Shown here: positions 1-8,836 of the stretch, piece after piece
Position numbering within the stretch: position 1 is the stretch's first letter
How the letters are laid out: each line of letters starts with the position of its first letter
DNA from: an uncultured Thermococci archaeon
GTDB lineage: Archaea; Methanobacteriota_B; Thermococci; Methanofastidiosales; B48-G16
NCBI GenBank assembly: GCA_964595645.1
Contig: CAZQQT010000007.1
Coordinates: forward strand, 72,809-136,808
Reading direction: 5' to 3'
Length of the DNA: 64,000 nt
Made by a program: the position numbers and the translations under genes
Notes under the pieces: generated by a model
Told to the model about the DNA's origin: nothing
Database searches by the model: none
Seen by the model: only the letters and a program-made list of their open reading frames with translations

Positions 1-524
1 GTCCAAGCGAAGACGTACGTGGGCCAAAAGGGCCAGTATCCCATAACATTCGCAGCCATATACATTAGCACAGTGAGGAAAATGGCAAAGAAAATACTGT
101 ACACTACGTAAATCACTGGGATCTTTACCTTCCAAGAAGCTTTCCATAGTTTCAAATCTTTCCATATGAAAGCCATTATTGGCGCTGCAATACCGTTACC
201 AAGCCAGACCATAGGAGGGAAAGGCGTAGGGAGGCCCCCCATGATCGATATTATGAACGAAACTATGGGCCCATATGCAAATGCAGTGAAAACATAGATA
301 GCTTCTCTGATATCAATGACAAATCCAGGAACTGGCATCGGAATGACAAGCCCTAATGCTCTCCACGCAAAACACAATCCTCCAAGCGTTGCAGCAATGG
401 CAATTTGCCGTGTTGTCAAAAGGGGTCTCTTCTTCGTTGAATTTTTGTTTTTATCTACCGCTGCCCCTATGGCGGCTCCAACTACTCCACCTAGGAGCAA
501 CCCGACTAACGTTTTTTTACTCAT
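1..524 (-). CDS. 5' portion of a polytopic membrane protein. It starts at ATG 524-522, has no stop in the window and runs off the left edge.
   Basis: Minus-strand reading frame open from 524 to 1. The translation is very hydrophobic (MSKKTLVGLLLGGVVGAAIGAAV...GLVIPMPVPGFVIDI...). The annotated + ORF 316..579 is its antisense. Confidence 0.4.
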   Translation of the reverse strand, partial: MSKKTLVGLLLGGVVGAAIGAAVDKNKNSTKKRPLLTTRQIAIAATLGGLCFAWRALGLVIPMPVPGFVIDIREAIYVFTAFAYGPIVSFIISIMGGLPTPFPPMVWLGNGIAAPIMAFIWKDLKLWKASWKVKIPVIYVVYSIFFAIFLTVLMYMAANVMGYWPFWPTYVFAW

Positions 525-591
525 ATATTTCACCGGCATAAATCGTGAGGCTAATATTTTTAAACCTTTGTTGACATAGCATGTTTACAAG

Positions 592-1158
592 ATGATAAAA
601 ATGAGAAAAAAATTTAACATTTGTAACACAACACTCTATAAAGGTGAAGAATTTATTAATGAATTACTAAAAAATCCTAAACAAACGTTTTCCAAGTTGG
701 CGGAGAAATTTGATACATATAGGCAGAATATATGGCGAAAAATAAAGAGGTTAGAGAAAGAAAAAGTAATCTGGGGATACACTACAGTAATAGATGATGA
801 AAAAATAGGGTGGAAAACTTTTGTAATTCTAATGAAAGTAAAGCCATTCACCGAAGAAGTAGCAACACTTCAGATAAAGAGGCAAAAAGAGAAAATACCA
901 GAAAGGGATGGTGTCAGAATTATAGAGTGTCTTTACGTGAATGGTCCTTACCAGTGCATAAATATTTTTGCTGCAAAGGATCTGGTTACTGCGCAGAGGT
1001 ACTATGACACTCTACGTGGCATATATGCAGATGCCCTAGAAGAAAAGCCAACACTTATGGATGTAACGTTTGCATCAATAAAACACGGGAAGATAAATCC
1101 TGAAATAGAGAAACTCAAAAAATTTGTTCCAATAGAAGACCAAGAATCTGAAAAATAA
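592..1158 (+). CDS. Lrp/AsnC-family transcriptional regulator (HTH plus RAM-like C-terminal domain)
   Basis: The N-terminus matches the Lrp/AsnC HTH pattern (...FSKLAEKFDTYRQNIWRKIKRLEKEKVIWGYTTVID...) and is followed by a ~90-aa RAM-like domain. Length 188 aa. Confidence 0.55.
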   Translation: MIKMRKKFNICNTTLYKGEEFINELLKNPKQTFSKLAEKFDTYRQNIWRKIKRLEKEKVIWGYTTVIDDEKIGWKTFVILMKVKPFTEEVATLQIKRQKEKIPERDGVRIIECLYVNGPYQCINIFAAKDLVTAQRYYDTLRGIYADALEEKPTLMDVTFASIKHGKINPEIEKLKKFVPIEDQESEK

Positions 1159-1175
1159 AAGAACTATAGAACTTC

Positions 1176-1194
1176 ACTCCTTTCTGAAAGGAGT
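1176..1194 (+). terminator. 8-bp stem / 3-nt loop hairpin (actccttt-ctg-aaaggagt) 18 nt after the Lrp-like gene stop. It is not followed by an oligo-T tract.
   Basis: Perfect inverted repeat read directly from the sequence. Archaeal terminators are usually T-tracts, so its function is uncertain. Confidence 0.2.
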
Positions 1195-1396
1195 TATACG
1201 GAAGTGCTCTGGAGATTCGTAACTGTCGGAGAGAAAGACACATTTTATAATGATGGTTAATGCCTCCCTCTTACCTATTTGAGTATTTCTTTACAAGTTT
1301 TTTCATCACGTAACGAAAAGTTTATAAATAAGGATTTGCATAATACGTATATGAAACAAAAAATGTTGTTTTGTACGATCTGCCTAAGGTGAGAGA

Positions 1397-1888
1397 ATGG
1401 CAATTTTTGGACTGATAGCAGTTGGGTTCCTCGGTATCGGCTACTTTCTATACTACTCGCTGAAAGCACTGGCATGGGTTATCTCAACATTTTACAACAC
1501 GTACTCCGCATCCACTAAAGAGAAAACGGAACGGCAGAAACAGAAGTACAGGGACAAAGTCAATGAGGAGTTCGGGAAGACATCCCGACGCAAATCCACG
1601 AGAACACGATCCCACTATAAAAAGACGTATTCATCACACTCATATCATAGTACAAAATCGAGAGTTGCATCACAATCTCATCGTAGTACAAAATCGAGGG
1701 TGGCGAAGGCACTCCATCTCCTTGAAATCTCACGGAAAGCATCCATAAAAGAGATAAAACGTGCTTACAGAAAGAAAGCGAAGAAGTACCATCCCGATAC
1801 AAACGGTGGTCATACAACAAGAAAATTCATCGAACTCACCAACGCGTACAAGCTCCTCCTCACACTTAAAAAACAGGGGGCGATCTAA
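1397..1888 (+). CDS. Membrane-anchored J-domain (DnaJ-like) protein
   Basis: N-terminal TM helix (IFGLIAVGFLGIGYFLYY). C-terminal J domain with HPD motif (IKEIKRAYRKKAKKYHPDTNGG). Basic Ser/Thr/Lys-rich linker containing a tandem STKSRVA repeat. Confidence 0.6.
   Translation: MAIFGLIAVGFLGIGYFLYYSLKALAWVISTFYNTYSASTKEKTERQKQKYRDKVNEEFGKTSRRKSTRTRSHYKKTYSSHSYHSTKSRVASQSHRSTKSRVAKALHLLEISRKASIKEIKRAYRKKAKKYHPDTNGGHTTRKFIELTNAYKLLLTLKKQGAI
1645..1703 (+). repeat. Two tandem ~23-nt direct repeats (agtacaaaatcgag(a/g)g(t)tg(c)) inside the J-domain protein gene, encoding ...HSTKSRVAS.. / ..RSTKSRVAK..
   Basis: Direct visual repeat in the sequence. Confidence 0.5.
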
Positions 1889-2158
1889 ATGGGTACACTC
1901 ACGGATCTCATCGTCGACGTCATCTCACGAAACTTAATCAGATCGAAAGGAGAACGCCGGATAGAAGGGCAGACCGCTGCGATGCTTCAGGCGCTCAACG
2001 AGGAGAGAACCGCGCAGGGAAAACCACCAATTGTTGTTGAACAGCGAGAAGGATGGGTCACAAAAGTGGCGAGAGGGTTGGCAACGTTCTTCATCGTGCT
2101 GCTGTGTGTGCTGATTATTCTCCTCATGATCGCCGCCAAAGTGTTAGTCGTTCCGTGA
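1889..2158 (+). CDS. Small hypothetical protein with a C-terminal TM helix
   Basis: 89-aa ORF starting at the ATG that overlaps the preceding stop (TAAATG). The C-terminus is hydrophobic (FFIVLLCVLIILLMIAAKVLVV). Confidence 0.3.
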   Translation: MGTLTDLIVDVISRNLIRSKGERRIEGQTAAMLQALNEERTAQGKPPIVVEQREGWVTKVARGLATFFIVLLCVLIILLMIAAKVLVVP

Positions 2159-2203
2159 TCAAGAAAAATTGAGGTACAGTATGCGAGTAATGAGGTGAAA
2201 AAC

Positions 2204-2332
2204 ATGGGATGTAAATGGATAGACAACAGAGAATGTCCTCGGGAGAATCCCACCAAAGGAGAGTGTACCAACTGTCTCCTCGCCTTAGTACATGAGGATC
2301 TCTGGAAGATTGCAGGAAGTAGTATTGTATAA
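2204..2332 (+). CDS. Candidate 42-aa four-cysteine (zinc-ribbon-like) small protein, not in the supplied ORF track
   Basis: ATG at 2204 preceded by a GAGGTGA Shine-Dalgarno-like motif. Translation MGCKWIDNRECPRENPTKGECTNCLLALVHEDLWKIAGSSIV has a C-x7-C...C-x2-C spacing. Confidence 0.2.
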   Translation: MGCKWIDNRECPRENPTKGECTNCLLALVHEDLWKIAGSSIV

Positions 2333-2448
2333 GAACTGTAGTCGTAGAAATCTAATTCAGAAAATTTAATAAGTATGCAAAAAATGTGTATGTGAGTGAT
2401 AGGAATGGAAGAAAAGTATGAAATCAGGGATGTGAGAAGTGTTAAAGT

Positions 2449-5430
2449 TTGGATGACGATATCAAATTCAACCTAAATTATTTTGATGGTGGACACACAC
2501 ATCACGTTCTTAATAAAAGGGGTTATAAAGAGATTAAATTGAATCAAGACCCTCAGTTAAAGAGAAAATTTATCAATTGGTGTAAGACTAATGATTTACC
2601 CGAACTGCTTGAAAGAGTAAAAGACCTTGATAAAGGAAAAGAAAGAAAGGATATTATACTCTTAGTACCTCCAAATTACGGTCCGTCCGAAGAATATCAT
2701 TTACTGGGAGCATCCTCGTTTTCGAAGAGATACACTGAAGAAATGAATAGCAGGATAGAAACCACTGGATACATGTACTCGGGTTGGAATTACAGTATTA
2801 AAGAAGAGAAGAAAAAACATCTCTCCGTGCCCTTCCGGTTATATGTAGGTGAGAAGAAAAAGGTAAAGGGCTATTTCCGTGTAGTTGACTTTTGGACTGA
2901 TATTGAAGAAGATAAAGACTTAGAGAAGACATTAAATGATGAAAACTGGAGAGATCATTTTCGTGATGATGAACCTACTATAGATCCTACTCAGTGGAAC
3001 AGTACCCATGAAGAAATGTGGAAAACAAGAACGATCTTCAAATATGACAAAGTCGAAAGATTCTCAGAAGAAAAAGACCTAAGTGAGTTTGAAAATATTG
3101 AAGGCGAAACACCTCAATTCTATCAAAAAGGATTTGACGTAATTTGTGAAAAGAAAGAGGAGGGAAGAAAGATGGATAAAGATATGAATATTATAGGCGT
3201 AGTGGCTAAAGTTGCATGGTCTCATAACAGATGGAAGGGGTTTGATGAGGAGGGATATCGAAAAAGAGAAAATTATAACTATAAATTTGTGAGAATAAGC
3301 GGTCACGCCCATGAATGGTGGGGATTTTATGAAGATTTCGATAAAGATTACTACTATGGACATGTGGCGATGAGTGAAAGAACACCTAAGAAAAAGTTTA
3401 AAGACGCCTTAATACCTGTTATATCATATAACATTAATAATCGGGAGTTCTATCTTGTAGGTTTTTTTGGAAATGCAAAATTTACTGGAGAAAAATATAA
3501 AACAGAAACGAAAATGAAAAAACTACTCTCAGAAGACTGTATTGATAGTTTGCCACAAATTGCTGATAAATTTGATCAGGAGGATTGGAAGGATGCTGCA
3601 GAACGTATGAGAGACTTTATAAAAAACAAAATAAAGTATGACGGGAATATTAAAGCACCGAAAAAATTTTCTACAGTATTTGAAGAGGAAGCATATATTA
3701 AAATCGATCCACAGGAGGATCTAACCGTGGGGAGACTCGGACAGGCTCCCTACATGTACATCGGACATACCGAAACAGTCCCTCCAGAAAATGTTCATAA
3801 GTTACTGCTTAAAGCAAAAGAAAGACACGAGACGATCTTAAAAAATACTCAAGATGTAAATAAGGAGGAAGAAATTGAGGAGATAATTGAAAAAATTGAT
3901 CGTGTGGTAGATAAATACTTTTCCGAAGTGGAAAGAACTGCAGGACCCATAAATTATTACCTTGAAGTCTCTGCAGCGCCTTGGCAGGGTCCGATAGGAA
4001 AAATATTGGAAACAGGAGTAGATAGTAAATACAAAATGATGCAGGAATTAACTCCTGGAGACGTTGTAATTCATTATAGACCAAGCAGAGTAAGAAAGTA
4101 TCCCCAACGATTTGTTGGCTATTCGAAAGTTAAGAAGAGCGCAAAAACATTTAGTAGAGATGAATTGGTGCAATTTTTAAAGAATCGTGACATTTTGAGT
4201 GAAAAGTATAGAGAATTTGCAGAAGAAGGTGTTCTAAGCTATGATAAAGCTTGGATAGTGGAATTAAAAGATTTTAAAGAATTTAAAAATGAGAAAAAAC
4301 CAAGCTACCACACTGTAAAAGATCAACTTGGATTTAAGGTTACTGAAGGCTACCTTCATTCGTTAGATAAAGAAATTGCTGAAGGAATAATTAATCTAAG
4401 CGATCTAAAAGAACCGAACGAGAGAAAGGAAAAATGGAAAGACAAAAAACAAGATCTTGGCTACGAGATAGAGAGAAAATTCACTATCAATGGCCTATTT
4501 TTCCCCGAAGGAGAAAGGGAGACTCTTGAAAAACAGATCACTACGGCAATAAGAAACAGGAAACATATCATTCTCATTGGAGCTCCTGGAACGGGAAAAT
4601 CAAAGCTGGCAAAGGAAATTTGTGAATTCTATGTGGGGAATAAAAACTACATTATGAGTACTGCAACGTCTGACTGGTCAACGTTTGATACGATCGGTGG
4701 GTACCATCCTGACAAAGAAGGAAAACTGAATTTCAAAAGTGGTATATTCTTGCGATGTTTCAGGGACAGTGAAACTCTTAACCCTGAGGATCGATGGTTA
4801 ATAATAGATGAAATAAATCGGGCGGACATAGATAAAGCGTTCGGTTCATTATTCTCAGCCCTTACTGGAGACACCATCACACTGCCATTTGAGGTTGCAG
4901 ATGAACAGATAGAGGTCGTAGGAGATCCAAATGATGACGATGAGATTCAAGGGAACAAATTCATAATCCACCCAGACTGGCGGATTATCGCGACGATGAA
5001 CACCTATGACAAAGCTTCACTCTATGAAATGAGTTACGCATTTATGAGACGGTTTGCGTTTGTTCCTGTAGATGTCCCCAATGAAATTGACGAAGATCTA
5101 ATTCGAGAATATTTAGACATTTGGCATCTTGAAAGAGAGGAAAACGCTGAGTTAGTTGATAAAGTAACGAAGCTGTGGAAAACTATCAACAACTCCAGGA
5201 AAATAGGTCCGGCGATCATTAAAGATATCTATGAGTACCTCACTGAAGAGGATGATCTCACCAGCGCCGTGATCATGTACGTGTTGCCACAGTTTGAGGG
5301 ATTGCCAGAGGACAAAATATGCACCTTTGTGGATGAGTTAGATATTATTGAAGCAAAAGATGAACTCATAGATTTCTGCGTGGATTTCTTTGGAATTGCA
5401 CGAGAAAAATTCAAAAAATCATCTGAGTGA
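2449..5430 (+). CDS. McrB-family AAA+ GTPase with a long N-terminal extension. The specificity subunit of a McrBC-like modification-dependent restriction system.
   Basis: C-terminal third has Walker A (ILIGAPGTGKSKLAKEI) and the McrB-type signature (WLIIDEINRADIDKAFGSLFSAL). The first ~650 aa contain at least one PUA/EVE-like segment (...YYLEVSAAPWQGPIGKIL...GDVVIHYRPSRVRKYPQRFVGYSKV) and a Trp-rich segment (AWSHNRWKG...HEWWGFYEDF). TTG start. Confidence 0.6.
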   Translation: MDDDIKFNLNYFDGGHTHHVLNKRGYKEIKLNQDPQLKRKFINWCKTNDLPELLERVKDLDKGKERKDIILLVPPNYGPSEEYHLLGASSFSKRYTEEMNSRIETTGYMYSGWNYSIKEEKKKHLSVPFRLYVGEKKKVKGYFRVVDFWTDIEEDKDLEKTLNDENWRDHFRDDEPTIDPTQWNSTHEEMWKTRTIFKYDKVERFSEEKDLSEFENIEGETPQFYQKGFDVICEKKEEGRKMDKDMNIIGVVAKVAWSHNRWKGFDEEGYRKRENYNYKFVRISGHAHEWWGFYEDFDKDYYYGHVAMSERTPKKKFKDALIPVISYNINNREFYLVGFFGNAKFTGEKYKTETKMKKLLSEDCIDSLPQIADKFDQEDWKDAAERMRDFIKNKIKYDGNIKAPKKFSTVFEEEAYIKIDPQEDLTVGRLGQAPYMYIGHTETVPPENVHKLLLKAKERHETILKNTQDVNKEEEIEEIIEKIDRVVDKYFSEVERTAGPINYYLEVSAAPWQGPIGKILETGVDSKYKMMQELTPGDVVIHYRPSRVRKYPQRFVGYSKVKKSAKTFSRDELVQFLKNRDILSEKYREFAEEGVLSYDKAWIVELKDFKEFKNEKKPSYHTVKDQLGFKVTEGYLHSLDKEIAEGIINLSDLKEPNERKEKWKDKKQDLGYEIERKFTINGLFFPEGERETLEKQITTAIRNRKHIILIGAPGTGKSKLAKEICEFYVGNKNYIMSTATSDWSTFDTIGGYHPDKEGKLNFKSGIFLRCFRDSETLNPEDRWLIIDEINRADIDKAFGSLFSALTGDTITLPFEVADEQIEVVGDPNDDDEIQGNKFIIHPDWRIIATMNTYDKASLYEMSYAFMRRFAFVPVDVPNEIDEDLIREYLDIWHLEREENAELVDKVTKLWKTINNSRKIGPAIIKDIYEYLTEEDDLTSAVIMYVLPQFEGLPEDKICTFVDELDIIEAKDELIDFCVDFFGIAREKFKKSSE

Positions 5431-6263
5431 AGATAATGAAGGCAGGAGCTAAAACATTATTGGATGATATCGCTGAAGATTTCGTTCAGTATCTCAAAAG
5501 TGGTAATTTAAACATTAAATCGTTTTCTAAAAGGATAGATCCTACCCTCAACATCGATAATATTGAAAAATTGCTGAGGATACACTTTGTACTCACAGAA
5601 CAACGAGGAGAACACGGTGTTGGAGTAATTGATTTTATTGACAACCTCTCTGAAAGGATACGACGAATAAAAACGACGGTGAAAAAGACAAGAACGTTAT
5701 TCAGAGGAAAGGTGCGAGGAAAAATATGTTGGAAAGATACACTGCGGTATCGGTACAACTCAAATCCAAAGGATAGTACTCTTTTCGTCTGTGACAGACG
5801 GGAAAAAAATTACGAAATCTCAGAGAACCTAGTACTGAAAAGACTCCTTCAAATTATCCATGAGATTGTGTATACCGATCTACGAGTCGCGCTTGAAAAA
5901 GAGTACGAGTGGATCGGGGAATGGGCGTCGGAGGAAAAAAACCTAGAGAAAACGTTGAATCGGATATTCTTTAGAAATGTCTATCTGAGAAGAATTGATC
6001 TGACAGACGTGAAAGTCACTAATAGAATGATCAGTAGAGCGAAACGATCGAGACAGCCACTGTACAGAGAAGCAGCTGTGCTCCTCTCGCAGTATAGGGA
6101 GCTGATGAATTACGAGTTTGATCCGGAAGAGGCAAAAAACCTTCTGAAAAATACCTTCATCAACCCGGAGAAAACGGAGGTACTGTTTGAGCTGTACTGG
6201 ATAATTAAAATCATAAAAAAATCACTTTACCGATCCGAAGTTCCGGTTGATCGTTCCCGGTGA
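5427..6263 (+). CDS. McrC-like subunit, N-terminal fragment. Start overlaps the McrB stop.
   Basis: Position immediately 3' of the McrB-like gene with a GTGA overlap. Size and weak McrC-like features. It ends at a TGA that the next ORF (-1 frame) overlaps by 17 nt. Confidence 0.4.
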   Translation: MKIMKAGAKTLLDDIAEDFVQYLKSGNLNIKSFSKRIDPTLNIDNIEKLLRIHFVLTEQRGEHGVGVIDFIDNLSERIRRIKTTVKKTRTLFRGKVRGKICWKDTLRYRYNSNPKDSTLFVCDRREKNYEISENLVLKRLLQIIHEIVYTDLRVALEKEYEWIGEWASEEKNLEKTLNRIFFRNVYLRRIDLTDVKVTNRMISRAKRSRQPLYREAAVLLSQYRELMNYEFDPEEAKNLLKNTFINPEKTEVLFELYWIIKIIKKSLYRSEVPVDRSR

Positions 6264-6807
6264 GAATGTGGTAGCAGAATGGGTATCCGACGACTCTACA
6301 TACAGGATCTACCACGATTCCTGTGGGAGTTTTAAGTTCAAAGAGAGTATTGCATGGCTTAATGTTAATGCACAACTAAAAGACAAAGATAACTATCTTG
6401 GTCGGGAATTGCAAGTGATAGACATGCTGGAAAAAATGACGGGGAAGGGGTCGCAGGACAGTCTGTGGGGTGGCAGACCGGATATCGTACTCGAAAAATA
6501 CGATGAGAACGGTGACATTGTGTCAGTGCTAATAGGTGAGGTTAAATACACGGACAGCAAGAATTACGCGATTCAGGGCCTCAAAGAACTACTCGAATAT
6601 ATCGCATTGATCAAAGAAGGTGAGAACTACAAACTACGCTATGAGGATTTGTTCGAAAATATAGACGCAGTGAAGGGATGTTTATTCCTCGATGCGATCG
6701 CTGACTGGGAGATCGAAGAAGAAAAGAACATCTCAGTAGTGATGTTTGGTGAGGATTCTACCACGTTAAAAAACGTTATAGAGGGAGTGAAACGTGACTC
6801 GCGTTGA
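6247..6807 (+). CDS. McrC-like subunit, C-terminal PD-(D/E)xK nuclease fragment
   Basis: Nuclease core motif (GRPDIVL...VSVLIGEVKY) typical of the McrC catalytic domain. It continues the upstream ORF in another frame (278 + 186 aa, close to a normal McrC length). Confidence 0.45.
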   Translation: MIVPGENVVAEWVSDDSTYRIYHDSCGSFKFKESIAWLNVNAQLKDKDNYLGRELQVIDMLEKMTGKGSQDSLWGGRPDIVLEKYDENGDIVSVLIGEVKYTDSKNYAIQGLKELLEYIALIKEGENYKLRYEDLFENIDAVKGCLFLDAIADWEIEEEKNISVVMFGEDSTTLKNVIEGVKRDSR

Positions 6808-7186
6808 CCGTGCAAAAAACCGAAACATCATTGATATGGCACTCTCGTTTTCTGCGATGACAAGAATCTTTGAGAAAGGATCCACCGAAAAAGTACGGAA
6901 GAAGTTCTACAAGGATATTGACAAATTCTTCAGTATGCACCACGAAGAAGCTTCAACGAAAACAAACTGGACAAAAAAGTACTATATCGTTGCATTTTTA
7001 GAACTCAAGTATCCTCCAATTGATAGCACTAACTACAGAGAGTATGAAGCAGAAATCCAAAACAACATGCACTACCGCCGCGGAGATTTCGAGCGACACG
7101 ATAAAAGTTTTATCCTGAAAGGAACAAAGAACAGCGGGTGGCTTGAGAACCCAATCCGAATCGACGCGGGGGAGACGAGGAACTAA
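6794..7186 (+). CDS. Hypothetical protein (130 aa) in the defence island
   Basis: ORF overlaps the preceding stop. No recognisable motif. Confidence 0.3.
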   Translation: MTRVDRAKNRNIIDMALSFSAMTRIFEKGSTEKVRKKFYKDIDKFFSMHHEEASTKTNWTKKYYIVAFLELKYPPIDSTNYREYEAEIQNNMHYRRGDFERHDKSFILKGTKNSGWLENPIRIDAGETRN

Positions 7187-7346
7187 CTACCTCATGAAAA
7201 AAGAAATTGCGCAGTACAAACTAAAAAATAAAGAAAAACGAGGATTAAATAGGTGTTATTGTAGGTAGGTTGGAGGAATCTATAATTCCCTTGGTTCATG
7301 ATTGTAGAAAATAGTAGCTTCGTGTGGTTAGCGTATCTTTAAATTG

Positions 7347-7380
7347 AGATTTCTATTTGTTTTAATTTGTATAGAAATCT
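7347..7380. repeat. 10-bp perfect inverted repeat (agatttctat ... atagaaatct) with a 14-nt AT-rich spacer, 60 nt upstream of the 7442 gene
   Basis: Read directly from the sequence. Candidate operator or RNA hairpin. Confidence 0.3.
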
Positions 7381-7441
7381 AACTTTTATAGGTACTCTTT
7401 CGAAATGGAGAAAATATTTATAGAAAGACTTAGAAGTATAA

Positions 7442-8623
7442 TTGAAGGAAATTCCTATGAATAAAAATCTGGTTCAAAATTTGTATGGCGAATATGAAGA
7501 AAAAATAGATTCAATCATAAAAGAACATGGTGAAGAAGACGGTTTTATAACGGAAGGAAAGATGTGGTGGGACTATTACAAAGAGTTAATAGACGAAACG
7601 TTGGACAAGATTAAAAACGGCGAATTGACAGAAAAAGATGCTAAAAAGTTTTATAAAACTTTTGGATTTGGTCCCAAACTTTACGGCCGCACATTTATCG
7701 AAAATGGGTTATCTAGCATAGAAAAGTTATTTCTCTTCTTAGCCGATGGTGATATTCCTGCGGAAAGAAAAATCGCTGAAGTAGTAGAAGATCCAGAAAG
7801 TGAAAACTATTTTAGAGGCGTAGGTATCAACTTTGTTACTCTCTTCTTAACGACTTTTTTCCCTAAAAAATACGTGCAATGGAATAGGCAAACAGATGGA
7901 GCTTTGGAATTGTTAAAGATCTATCCGGAGAAGGAAAGAGGAGAGAAAAAATCTGAGTTCTATTCAAAAATAAATAGTGTCTGCAAAGAGATCGGTAGAA
8001 CTGTGGATGTCAATTTTTTACCGAAGATTGATAACTTCCTTTACTGTCTAAACAAAGGATATATTGGAACAGAAATAGTTGAACCTGAGTACGAAAAGGA
8101 AGCAAAGAAAAAGGAAGAACTTGAAGAAAAAGAACTGAAAACGGAAGAGGTAAGAACCCATACGAAAATGATGTACTATCTTATAAAAATAGGATTAAAG
8201 AAAAACTATAATGTGTGGGTTGCTAAAAATGACAGAAATAAAGAATATAGGGAAGAAAAATTTTCAGACCTCTGTTTAAGCGAAATACCAAATTTTACAG
8301 GACCCGATACATTAGCAATCGCAAAGTATATAGATGTGATATGGTTTAGAAAAAATACTTTACATCCTGTCCGTTTTTTTGAGATAGAACACACCACAAC
8401 AATTTATTCTGGATTATTGCGATTAAACGATGTTGCAGTGGATTATCCTATTGGCAAAGCAACGATTGTCATTCCGGAAGAAAGGATTAATTTATTTGAA
8501 ACACAGATAGATAGACGAACCTTCAAAGTGGGCACCGATTTATCGGATGTATGTGACTATTTAACTTACGGAGATCTAAAAAAGTGGTATGAAGCAGTAA
8601 ATATTGATTCAAAATACTCATAG
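7442..8623 (+). CDS. Hypothetical protein (393 aa). The C-terminal ~150 aa have possible restriction-endonuclease-like (Hjc/Mrr-type) features.
   Basis: C-terminal segment ...NYNVWVAKNDRN...GPDTLAIAKYIDVIWFRK(x12)FFEIEHTT... resembles a D...(D/E)x(K/H) nuclease core. The N-terminal ~240 aa are unrecognised. Confidence 0.35.
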   Translation: MKEIPMNKNLVQNLYGEYEEKIDSIIKEHGEEDGFITEGKMWWDYYKELIDETLDKIKNGELTEKDAKKFYKTFGFGPKLYGRTFIENGLSSIEKLFLFLADGDIPAERKIAEVVEDPESENYFRGVGINFVTLFLTTFFPKKYVQWNRQTDGALELLKIYPEKERGEKKSEFYSKINSVCKEIGRTVDVNFLPKIDNFLYCLNKGYIGTEIVEPEYEKEAKKKEELEEKELKTEEVRTHTKMMYYLIKIGLKKNYNVWVAKNDRNKEYREEKFSDLCLSEIPNFTGPDTLAIAKYIDVIWFRKNTLHPVRFFEIEHTTTIYSGLLRLNDVAVDYPIGKATIVIPEERINLFETQIDRRTFKVGTDLSDVCDYLTYGDLKKWYEAVNIDSKYS

Positions 8624-8783
8624 CACGATTCACTCCAAGATTTGATAACAACACTGTGTAGAGGAAAGAGTTGAATTCGTAAAACTCTAGAAAGATCCTC
8701 GCAAGAGAGGAAAGGAGGATAATATTCGCTTACCAGCCTCGTAGTTATTTTACAGTTCAAAGTAGATACTCACGAGGAAAGGA

Positions 8784-8797
8784 TAAATTTTAAATAG
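8784..8797 (+). promoter_or_regulatory. Candidate archaeal TATA box (ATAAATTTTAAATA) ~40-50 nt upstream of the hsdM start
   Basis: AT-rich box at the expected distance. An AGGAGGAGG ribosome-binding site lies at 8823-8831. Confidence 0.2.
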
Positions 8798-8836
8798 AAT
8801 CTAGTGGAATAATAACAAAGAGTAGGAGGAGGAATA

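Noticed and set aside
316-579. + strand ORFs (87 aa and 61 aa) at the left edge
   Set aside because: Antisense to a much longer hydrophobic minus-strand frame (1..524) with a proper ATG. Low-complexity translation.
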